64,000 nucleotides of DNA from a virus. The translations under genes and the position numbers were made by a program. The stretch lies in the IMG/VR virus record IMGVR_UViG_3300028569_000031, positions 14,025-78,024 of that record. One strand, given 5' to 3'. Shown here piece by piece: positions 38,062-46,056 of the stretch (position 1 is its first letter; each line of letters begins with the position of its first letter). The notes under the pieces were generated by a model, which was not told the DNA's origin, made no database searches, and saw nothing but the letters and a program-made list of their open reading frames with translations.

Positions 38062-38316
38062 ATGAAATTAGAAACAAGTCAGGATTATGACGTTGATAAT
38101 CGGTATGAGGAAACCGATGGTCCTAATGGTTCAAGTGTGTCCGACAATACCTCTGGTAAAAAATTCTTAACTAGGTATATAAACAATTCAAAAGATTTGA
38201 TTAAGCAGAACGCAGCTTCAGATGGTCAAGATGAGGATAGGTTTATCATGTCTGGCCCAGGTGACGTTACCTATGGCTTTAGAAATGCGTTTCGCGCCAG
38301 CTTGTTTAACAGATGA
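38062..38316 (+). CDS. hypothetical protein
   Basis: isolated + strand ORF; contains KFLTRYI. Confidence 0.55.
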   Translation: MKLETSQDYDVDNRYEETDGPNGSSVSDNTSGKKFLTRYINNSKDLIKQNAASDGQDEDRFIMSGPGDVTYGFRNAFRASLFNR

Positions 38317-38926
38317 CTTTACCTATATTAGAAAAAATTTGTTGAAACTTTTCAATTTGATTAAAACCTAAATCCGTACTAGGTAAGTAAACAAAAAACC
38401 CCCACGTAAACGGTGCGCCTAAGACCTTCATAAATTTACCGTGTATCAGCCTTGCCCTATCTTTTGGTATACACACTGGATAGTTCCATATCTCTGGACA
38501 GCTTCTTAATATTTCATGGCTAGTAGAAAAAAATAAAGCTTCTGAAACATTACGAAGTTTCCATTCTTTTTCTAATCTTTTAAACCAAACAGAAGAGGGG
38601 GACTTACCGGTGTGGCCTCCTTTTAATCCCCATCTCCATGTACCACGTTGTTTATTGAAAGAGCAACGTCCGTATGTAGGGGGGAATAAATATGTTTTTC
38701 CCAACCACTGTTCATGAGTATTTAAACCATCTTCTTTTAATGTATAAATTTTTTTTGCACGTAAATATTCCTTATTAGCGTGTTCTGTTGTGCAAGGGTC
38801 TAAATCAATGTCGCCAAGTAAAGCATATATATAAGGTAGGTATTCAACGGGAGTCAACCAATCCTCTTCAATTCTTAAGATTCTTGTGAGAAATAAATGT
38901 CGAGGCAGGTTTTTGTAATAACTCAT
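38306..38926 (-). CDS. phage Dam-like N6-adenine methyltransferase fold with altered motif IV
   Basis: DWLTP, IDLDPC, EDGL, and FPPTY in place of NPPY. Confidence 0.7.
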   Translation of the reverse strand: MSYYKNLPRHLFLTRILRIEEDWLTPVEYLPYIYALLGDIDLDPCTTEHANKEYLRAKKIYTLKEDGLNTHEQWLGKTYLFPPTYGRCSFNKQRGTWRWGLKGGHTGKSPSSVWFKRLEKEWKLRNVSEALFFSTSHEILRSCPEIWNYPVCIPKDRARLIHGKFMKVLGAPFTWGFFVYLPSTDLGFNQIEKFQQIFSNIGKVIC

Positions 38927-39330
38927 GTAGGTACAAGATCCGCAACACCTTTTTCACGCTTATAATGTAGCAACGACATGTGCTGGGGGTCTTGAATAAT
39001 AAATAAAGCTTCTTTTTCTAGGTCAAGTGACTCAGCTTTAACAATAGCTTTACGCATTATCTCAGCAATTCCATCCATGTCTTTTGATTGCATATCCTCT
39101 CTGGCTGCAATTAGAGCTGCAACCGACATGTAAAACATTGAATCCTTTTCTTCTTTGGCCGTTGGAACATATACCATAGCTCCGGGGCCTTCAAAATAAT
39201 AAAACCGATCATAAAAATCACACATGTCATCGCAAATTCTTTCAATGACAAGCTTGGTCAGCACACGTTCCGTTTCAGTTGGCGTGTTGCCAGCTAATTT
39301 AGCTAGTTTTTGTTTCCTGTAGTCAGTCAT
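38923..39330 (-). CDS. hypothetical protein
   Basis: coupled ORF in operon. Confidence 0.6.
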   Translation of the reverse strand: MTDYRKQKLAKLAGNTPTETERVLTKLVIERICDDMCDFYDRFYYFEGPGAMVYVPTAKEEKDSMFYMSVAALIAAREDMQSKDMDGIAEIMRKAIVKAESLDLEKEALFIIQDPQHMSLLHYKREKGVADLVPT

Positions 39331-39400
39331 TTTTGAAGTTGCAAGTTAATAACGATAATAACAAAGAAAGAATAAAAAAACAGGTCGGATAACCAGAAAA

Positions 39401-39982
39401 TTATTTTGTTCCAGTCTCCCCTGGGGCTTGCTTTATAAATGCAAACAACCCTGAACGTTTCAATGTTTCTCTTATTTTGGGTAGCGGCCTATAAATTACC
39501 ACCATTTTACCAAGATTACCGACTTCCTTAATTAATTTTCCTGACTCGTCTCTCATCTTAATTAATTCTTCTTGCCGAATCAAATATTCTGCAACACATC
39601 TATATCTTCGTTTTGTTGCAAGGTCAATGTCAGGGAATTTAGCACATATTTTTGCCGGTACCATATCGCTAAAACATATTCTTATTTGATCAGCAAGTGA
39701 TAGCCCCAAAACCAAATCATTTGTGGATGTTTCGTAGCTACAAACAAGTTCTAAATACCTTCTCAGATCTGCGTCTTCAAAGCTACCTGACGGCGGCAAA
39801 AACATTTCCACCTGGTCTGCTAACGAGGGTACTAATTTTTCCTTGATATTTTCAATTGTGACTTCTGAAATGTTTAAACCGTTAAACCTATAGCTTACGT
39901 ATTTATTTGGGTCAATAGAAGTTTTTTTTACTGGCGATAGCGCCGGTAACTCCCCTTCTTCAATCAAATAATCCGACAACAT
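39401..39982 (-). CDS. hypothetical protein
   Basis: 193-aa ORF. Confidence 0.6.
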   Translation of the reverse strand: MLSDYLIEEGELPALSPVKKTSIDPNKYVSYRFNGLNISEVTIENIKEKLVPSLADQVEMFLPPSGSFEDADLRRYLELVCSYETSTNDLVLGLSLADQIRICFSDMVPAKICAKFPDIDLATKRRYRCVAEYLIRQEELIKMRDESGKLIKEVGNLGKMVVIYRPLPKIRETLKRSGLFAFIKQAPGETGTK

Positions 39983-39991
39983 GGTGTTCCA

Positions 39992-40378
39992 TTACGTTTC
40001 TATAGGTATCTTAACGTTTTTTAAGAACTTGTCACATTGTATTGCATGCGTAATACGTAGTACCCATGCATAGTAAATTCTCTTGTCTTCCATGTTTTTT
40101 AAATCCCCTGGTTTTGGCCTACCCCCATAATTGCAAGCTTCCCAAAAAGCCTTTGCTATTTGTTTTTCTTGCTGAGTCATTAATGAATGCATAACCTTTG
40201 TAGACATACTGGCCAATAGTTCGTTAAACTGGGCCATATGTAAAGGATTTTCTTCCCCATGAAAAAAACCATCACTTACGCTGAGCTGATTTTGTTCCTC
40301 GTCTTCATGCCCCTTGGGACAGTAGGGGTGGTCCATCTGGCGCAGTTTATTAGTAGTAATATCAGTATAGAGATCCAT
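39992..40378 (-). CDS. hypothetical protein
   Basis: 128-aa ORF. Confidence 0.5.
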   Translation of the reverse strand: MDLYTDITTNKLRQMDHPYCPKGHEDEEQNQLSVSDGFFHGEENPLHMAQFNELLASMSTKVMHSLMTQQEKQIAKAFWEACNYGGRPKPGDLKNMEDKRIYYAWVLRITHAIQCDKFLKNVKIPIET

Positions 40379-40396
40379 GTAAAAAAATAGGTAATT

Positions 40397-41365
40397 ATGG
40401 GAAGCAAGAAATCAACCGCACCTACGGTAATTATGCCTGCGCCAACGGCGCCTTCCCTGTATCGTTCCATTACAACGCCAGAGGCTTTTGCTGTTGGCGA
40501 GAAATATTTAAAAAGCCTCCAAGATATGGGGGCACTTAGCAAAGCAAGTCGTGAGGCTGCCGTAGGAACAGATAAAGATTTACGCGAAACTCAGGAACAA
40601 ACAAAATACCAAGCCGCCGCAACTTATGCATCTTCTCTCCCCAAAGGAGATAAATACTTAGCTGAAAGCACCGGTATTCCTAGAGAACTTTTATACAAAA
40701 CTGCAACTACAGCAGCAACTACAATTGCTGACGAGAAACAGAAAGATTATCTTGATGCAGTAAAAAACAATACAACCCCTGTAACTGAAGCAGGTTCTAA
40801 GTTACGCGAATTTAATCGTTACTATAATCCAAGTACTCGACAACATTTTTATAGCTCAACGCCAGACACAGAATTATTAAGTGGTTGGAATAAAGAAGGT
40901 GATACTGCATTCAAAACACTGGATCCTAGTGATACTACTGCCGGTGCAAGTACTTTGTATCGTTTGTATAGACCAGGTGATAAGCCGGGTGGACCTAACC
41001 ATTTATTTACAACATCAAAAGAAGAACGGGATTCTGCCATTTCTCAAGGATTTAATTATGAAGGTGATGTAGGTAAGGTTTATGATACTGCTCAGGCAGA
41101 TACACAAGAAGTACAACGTTTTTATAATCCTGAACTAAACCGACATATGTATACTGCTGATTTAGAAGAAATTAAAACCTTAGCAGGTAAGGGTTACAAC
41201 AGAGAAGGATCTTTCTTTACTCCAACAAAAGCAGCACCTGCTGCACCTGCTGCACCTGCACCTGCTGCGCCTTCTACACCAAGTGAAGACGCCGCTGCTG
41301 TTGACAAAGCAAGAGCAGATTTACTCGCTAAAGCAGCAGCGCAAAACCCAGTTAAAACACCTTAA
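40397..41365 (+). CDS. putative virion protein with DUF5648-like repeats
   Basis: three R.YNP..H.YT..E..G...EG repeats; N-terminus resembles that of 1991; Pro/Ala linker. Confidence 0.65.
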   Translation: MGSKKSTAPTVIMPAPTAPSLYRSITTPEAFAVGEKYLKSLQDMGALSKASREAAVGTDKDLRETQEQTKYQAAATYASSLPKGDKYLAESTGIPRELLYKTATTAATTIADEKQKDYLDAVKNNTTPVTEAGSKLREFNRYYNPSTRQHFYSSTPDTELLSGWNKEGDTAFKTLDPSDTTAGASTLYRLYRPGDKPGGPNHLFTTSKEERDSAISQGFNYEGDVGKVYDTAQADTQEVQRFYNPELNRHMYTADLEEIKTLAGKGYNREGSFFTPTKAAPAAPAAPAPAAPSTPSEDAAAVDKARADLLAKAAAQNPVKTP

Positions 41366-41398
41366 TAAACAGGGTTATAGGGTTTTAAATATTGATTA

Positions 41399-41593
41399 TT
41401 AAACAGTAGTTGACAGTTTTTCTGTTTCTATCCACTCGTCATAGGCCTCAAGCAATATACCGTAAGACTCCACCGGTAAAAGCATCACAGCAAAAGTTTC
41501 AGTGATAATTTTATAATGTTCTAAATTTATAACAACATCGTCCATGATAGCGTCAAAATCTGACTGAAGCTGCTCAACAGTGACAACTTTCAT
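41399..41593 (-). CDS. Phd/YefM antitoxin-like protein
   Basis: MKVVTVEQLQSDFDAIMDDV..YKI..AVMLLP.ESY. Confidence 0.6.
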   Translation of the reverse strand: MKVVTVEQLQSDFDAIMDDVVINLEHYKIITETFAVMLLPVESYGILLEAYDEWIETEKLSTTV

Positions 41594-41629
41594 GGTACAA
41601 GTGATTTGCTACTAATAGAGTAGCATAAA

Positions 41630-42322
41630 CTAAGTCACGTCGCCAAAATCAAACGCAAGGTCTACTGTTCCTGTTATTGCATCAAAGTTAATATCTTTTT
41701 CAGATGTTTCATCGGAATACCTCCAATCATTAATAGATGTTATTAATCCAATTGAGTAAGTTGTTTCAATGTAACGAATATCATTTGTTATTAAAAATAA
41801 ATAATCTCTAGGTGCAAGCATAATGTTCGGATAATCTTTTGACTGACTTTCAACTATATCCGTATCTGAATCAGAATATGGAACACCGGACATGTCGTAA
41901 ACGTAACCATTGGAGTTTATTGGGAGCTCTCTTCTGTGCGTACCATCTTCAATTACGTAAAACGAAAGTATTGTATTTCTATTCGTTTTGGAGTCGTAAG
42001 AAGTTTGGCTAAAGTTCTGTGTAAACTGTATTGCACGCGCTTGAAGTAAACGCATTTTATAAAATGTTGTTTGAATTCTTGTTAAGCCGCCATGAGAATT
42101 TGAAATTGTTAACGACTTAGAAATCGAACTAAATGAACTTAAATCACCAAGGTTAATTGGGTTGTTAACACTATCGCCAGGTCTTGGAGGCAGGGGGTCA
42201 CTACCAAAATAACTTGTTGGACCATAAGCGGTTGGCCCTGTACCGCCGGTTGGGTAAGCCTGAACTGTGCCTAGGTTTGTAAAGCCCAGGTTAGTCGGTA
42301 GTGCTGTCAGGTATAGTGCCAT
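41630..42322 (-). CDS. structural-like protein
   Basis: T/S/G-rich; PGDS..NPINLG; C-terminal DFDAI/DFGDV. Confidence 0.5.
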   Translation of the reverse strand: MALYLTALPTNLGFTNLGTVQAYPTGGTGPTAYGPTSYFGSDPLPPRPGDSVNNPINLGDLSSFSSISKSLTISNSHGGLTRIQTTFYKMRLLQARAIQFTQNFSQTSYDSKTNRNTILSFYVIEDGTHRRELPINSNGYVYDMSGVPYSDSDTDIVESQSKDYPNIMLAPRDYLFLITNDIRYIETTYSIGLITSINDWRYSDETSEKDINFDAITGTVDLAFDFGDVT

Positions 42323-42635
42323 TGATTAAATTTAAGCCAGTGTATAGTCCGTTGTCCCTACCACTTGCTTGATATTTTTCTTCTATTATTGTAGCGCGTT
42401 CAGGGTAAACCCCTTCCATTTCTGTTGTTTCTATTAATTCATAAGTTAATCTTTTTTGTAATATACGTAAATCGCTTTCAATCTCATCTTTATCAGCGTT
42501 AGGTTCTGTCCAGTAGTTATCAGGTCCTATAGCTATTACTCCAATCCACTTAGAATTTTTTTCGTGGTAGCAGGTAGGTAAAATTTCACTGTGCTTCTGC
42601 GTTACTTTTTCTAACTTGTTCAAAAATGTTTCCAT
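42291..42635 (-). CDS. hypothetical protein
   Basis: SGRDNGLYTGL motif. Confidence 0.55.
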   Translation of the reverse strand: METFLNKLEKVTQKHSEILPTCYHEKNSKWIGVIAIGPDNYWTEPNADKDEIESDLRILQKRLTYELIETTEMEGVYPERATIIEEKYQASGRDNGLYTGLNLINGTIPDSTTD

Positions 42636-43722
42636 AGGTAAGGTCGTAGTTAGTAAGCTGTTCTGGCTGGTCTCCTAACTTTAATCCTTTTATTGTTAGA
42701 TGGGTTGGGTTACAGCAACCGGGTTCACAATTTTGTGTGTGCATGATTCTGTACTTTCCTGTATACCCCCTTGAGACCCAGAACGCAACTCGCGGTGCTG
42801 TCTGTGCTTTAGCGGAATGGAAAGGACTTGGCATATACGCAACGGTTTCGTTGTTAGGTTTCCTGCCACCTTTCCAAACCCAACATTTTTTGGAGTCTAA
42901 ATCTTTTGGTATATCAACCTTGTCCCAAAAACTACGGACAGTCCAATATTTATCAAAAGCAAAAGATTTAAGATTTATTTCACATTTGCCCTTCTCTATT
43001 CCTTCCATACAGGTCAAGCACTCACCCATTAATCCAAACCTACCCTTATGACCCCATATGCATTCAATGTTGGAGTAGTCCATTACATCCTCTTCTGTAA
43101 TTTCAAGTGATTCAGAGCTGATGCCTAGCTTCTCTGGAACTATAACAAGCTTCTGCGTTGTTGGATCGGACGGTAAGTAAATACCCTTATTACAGATTCC
43201 ACGTATAACACTATAAGAAAGATGGAATTCCTCAGAAAGTTTCTGATAGGTGTATCGCTGTGGATCAGTATTCCTTAAAGTCCTAATTTCTTTAATTGTC
43301 TCCCGTGACAACGAAGTTCCGTTGCGTCTTAACCGCTCCAACTGAACATCACTCCTACTTCCCCAGTAGTAATGGTTTGGGTTGACACAGTAATGGGAAG
43401 AACAAGAAACATTCCTTACAACAACCTGTCCTGGCTCCCCGTACCTACCAGCAATAGCGAGAATTAAAGCACGTGCATCCCTGCCTCTATATCGAGGCCT
43501 ACCAGTAGAGACCCCAGTCAACGCTGAGGGATCCTCAAAGGGGTTCTTTCGCTGGAGTGTGAACCCGTGGAAGAAGGCATGGTTGATCTTATCCAGGGGC
43601 CAGCAGCAGTCATCTGGGAGCCGTTCCTTTAACAGCTTTAAACACTTAAGGATCCAAACCAAGTCTTCGGTTCCTAAACCCCTTTCAATAAAAAATTTCC
43701 CTGTCTTTTTAGCGTTAAGCAA
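42586..43722 (-). CDS. protein with two His-Me finger (HNH-like) domains and a central HTH
   Basis: CWP..CSSHYCVNPNHY; FWDKV..CWVWKG..CCNPTHL; YQKLSEEFHLSYSVIRGI. Confidence 0.7.
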   Translation of the reverse strand: MLNAKKTGKFFIERGLGTEDLVWILKCLKLLKERLPDDCCWPLDKINHAFFHGFTLQRKNPFEDPSALTGVSTGRPRYRGRDARALILAIAGRYGEPGQVVVRNVSCSSHYCVNPNHYYWGSRSDVQLERLRRNGTSLSRETIKEIRTLRNTDPQRYTYQKLSEEFHLSYSVIRGICNKGIYLPSDPTTQKLVIVPEKLGISSESLEITEEDVMDYSNIECIWGHKGRFGLMGECLTCMEGIEKGKCEINLKSFAFDKYWTVRSFWDKVDIPKDLDSKKCWVWKGGRKPNNETVAYMPSPFHSAKAQTAPRVAFWVSRGYTGKYRIMHTQNCEPGCCNPTHLTIKGLKLGDQPEQLTNYDLTYGNIFEQVRKSNAEAQ

Positions 43723-43819
43723 GTTGATAGGGTTCCGCGCTGACTGACAATAGCCTGTGCTGCAGTAGATGTCAAGGCCGCCTCCACGGAAGCTAAAAAA
43801 CTGAGTCCACTCTTAATTA

Positions 43820-43907
43820 CTATAGAAAGAAAAAGGGGTAGTGCCTAACAGACACCATAACAACCCTATCGCTGTGTGCTACGCACGACCTCTTTTTTTG
43901 TCTATAG
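43820..43907. repeat. 20-bp imperfect inverted repeat in non-coding DNA
   Basis: CTATAGAAAGAAAAAGGGGT vs ACCTCTTTTTTTGTCTATAG (17/20). Confidence 0.7.
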
Positions 43908-44035
43908 GAGTTACGAGCGGCGACACCTTATTACGGATCAGCCAACTCACCAGCCAAACTCATTGCACTGCAGTCGATTGTCACCCAGTGTCAGAACCCT
44001 ATCAACTCACCTTAAGAACGTCTGTACTAACAACT

Positions 44036-44281
44036 TTAGGCTCCTGGCCACGGTTCCCCTCTTTCAATAGTGTTGAAATGTTCCGCATGTGTCATTGCAA
44101 TATATAAAGAACTGGCAGAACGACAAATATCACCACTAGGTTTACAGGTTAAGTACACATCAGAACCATCTGTGCCCGTGGCTTGAAATATTTTTATACC
44201 GGTATCGTATTTTTTCACAAGAATTTCTAACATACAAAAGTTTCTGGAGAGTATTATTGTAAGAAAGCTAAGTGCAGTCAT
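44036..44281 (-). CDS. hypothetical protein
   Basis: short ORF; true start probably MLEILV. Confidence 0.45.
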   Translation of the reverse strand: MTALSFLTIILSRNFCMLEILVKKYDTGIKIFQATGTDGSDVYLTCKPSGDICRSASSLYIAMTHAEHFNTIERGEPWPGA

Positions 44282-45173
44282 GCCGGTTAATAGTCAGTTC
44301 CTTCAAGAGGTTAAAAAATACGCAGCAGATCAAGCTGCACAGATGACTGCAAATAAATATTTTTCAGAACGTTACCCCAGCAAACCAGTACCCGGATTAC
44401 CTTCGTGGGCAGCCGGTATAACTACTGGAATTAATGCCGGTAAAAATTTAATGTCTCCCGAGGCCTACAAATATGTTTCCAATGAACTTGATTCGGTAAG
44501 GAAGCAACCCGCCTCGTTTAGCCCCAGCACAGGAGTTTCAGGATTACCTTCGTCATTAAGGGGACAAATATCTCCATGGGTGCGTGCCCTTACTGGGTCG
44601 CCGTCTGCGTCTCCTAACCCTACGTTAAGTCTTATGGAAGGCGCTCAAAGGATTGCTGCTACTGAAGCTGCTAATAGAATGGTTACTGATTCCTTTAAAG
44701 GTAATTTCAAACAGCCAATACAACGCCCCACTATTGACGGTGCAATTGGATTAGGAGCAGGCACTGTACCTATTGTTCTAGGGACAAGGGACGGCGTTAC
44801 CGCAGACCCTACACAAAGCGATCAATACAGGGCTGAGCTTTCACGTTATATGAATACGGTTGCCGGACCTTCTAAAGAACAATTAGGATTACAGATATGG
44901 GCGCAAGCAAATCCAGGTCTTGCAGCTAAGTTAAAACCAGGTCAGTCTGGTTACAATCAATCAGCAGATTACTTTAACAATAGGTATCGTGATTACGGAG
45001 ATATGCCACCTACAGGGGCAGCTGGATCTGCACCTTTAACCCAAATGCCTTTAGAAGGACAGCAGCCGGTACAGATGACGCAACCAGAGATGGAAGGCGT
45101 TGCTCCTGAAAGCACTAATGACAGAGTTCAAAATTTTCTTAGAATGTTGACAGAGGTTGGTCAAGGTCAATGA
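44280..45173 (+). CDS. putative internal virion protein
   Basis: P/Q/G-rich; GLQIWAQANPGLAAKLKPGQSGY; C-terminal DRVQNFL. Confidence 0.55.
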   Translation: MPVNSQFLQEVKKYAADQAAQMTANKYFSERYPSKPVPGLPSWAAGITTGINAGKNLMSPEAYKYVSNELDSVRKQPASFSPSTGVSGLPSSLRGQISPWVRALTGSPSASPNPTLSLMEGAQRIAATEAANRMVTDSFKGNFKQPIQRPTIDGAIGLGAGTVPIVLGTRDGVTADPTQSDQYRAELSRYMNTVAGPSKEQLGLQIWAQANPGLAAKLKPGQSGYNQSADYFNNRYRDYGDMPPTGAAGSAPLTQMPLEGQQPVQMTQPEMEGVAPESTNDRVQNFLRMLTEVGQGQ

Positions 45174-45406
45174 TGAACCAGCAGTGCGGCCCATCTGGGT
45201 TTGACTATAGTCAGATGGGGGTTGTTGACGGTGTGCAACGACAGGGAATGCTACCTGGTGGTTGGTCTAATCAAGGTCAGATGGTGAGTAATCAATATCA
45301 AGAAGCTAACCGCGAGGCGGCCAAAAAAATTAATCCCCAGAATGCTTCTTCTCAAATGCCGATAGGGGACCGGGTAACCCAATTCCTACATACCATGGGG
45401 CAATGA
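45170..45406 (+). CDS. small Q/M/G-rich protein
   Basis: coupled ORF; C-terminal DRVTQFL. Confidence 0.55.
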   Translation: MMNQQCGPSGFDYSQMGVVDGVQRQGMLPGGWSNQGQMVSNQYQEANREAAKKINPQNASSQMPIGDRVTQFLHTMGQ

Positions 45407-45918
45407 TGGTTGATAACGATTTTCCTACCTCATATGCTAATTATGGGGATGTAGCTCAGGGAACGTCACCGGTTAATGAGGATCTATATAACTGGATGCA
45501 TAAAACATACGGCATAAAACCTGCGGAGTGGTATCGTAACAACCCAGATAAAAAACCAGGAGCAAATCCAATGCTTCCTAGAGGTGCTTATGTTCCTTTA
45601 GCCGAAGGCAGTACTGAGGGGAATGGGGCTGTTGGTTTTCTTCAACAATATGCACGTGGTGTTCAAGATTATAGTCAAGAGGGTACAGATATTCCTTCAT
45701 TTAGTTTTGAGAATAAATATGCTCAGGAACAGGGCGGGCCTATAGCCAGGTCATTTAAAATTGGACCGAGAACTATAGCGACTCCGATTGATGATGTACC
45801 GGTTAGGGGTAATTACTCTTTACCTTCCATAAACAAGCAAATCCAAAATGTAAATGAGTATCGAGGTGAGAGAGGCATGGGACCAATAACTGCCGGACAA
45901 TTCATGGGAGGGGTATGA
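45403..45918 (+). CDS. hypothetical protein, possibly virion cargo
   Basis: coupled ORF; contains GFLQQYA. Confidence 0.55.
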   Translation: MMVDNDFPTSYANYGDVAQGTSPVNEDLYNWMHKTYGIKPAEWYRNNPDKKPGANPMLPRGAYVPLAEGSTEGNGAVGFLQQYARGVQDYSQEGTDIPSFSFENKYAQEQGGPIARSFKIGPRTIATPIDDVPVRGNYSLPSINKQIQNVNEYRGERGMGPITAGQFMGGV

Positions 45919-46056
45919 ACTTAACACCTGATGAACATCAACTTATTGAAAGCCTAGCTAAAGTACTCAGGAATTTAGATAGTTATGATGATTGGGAATA
46001 CGGAACAGAAGTAATACCGAACGATACAACTTGGGGACAATCTAAACATAAAGTTC

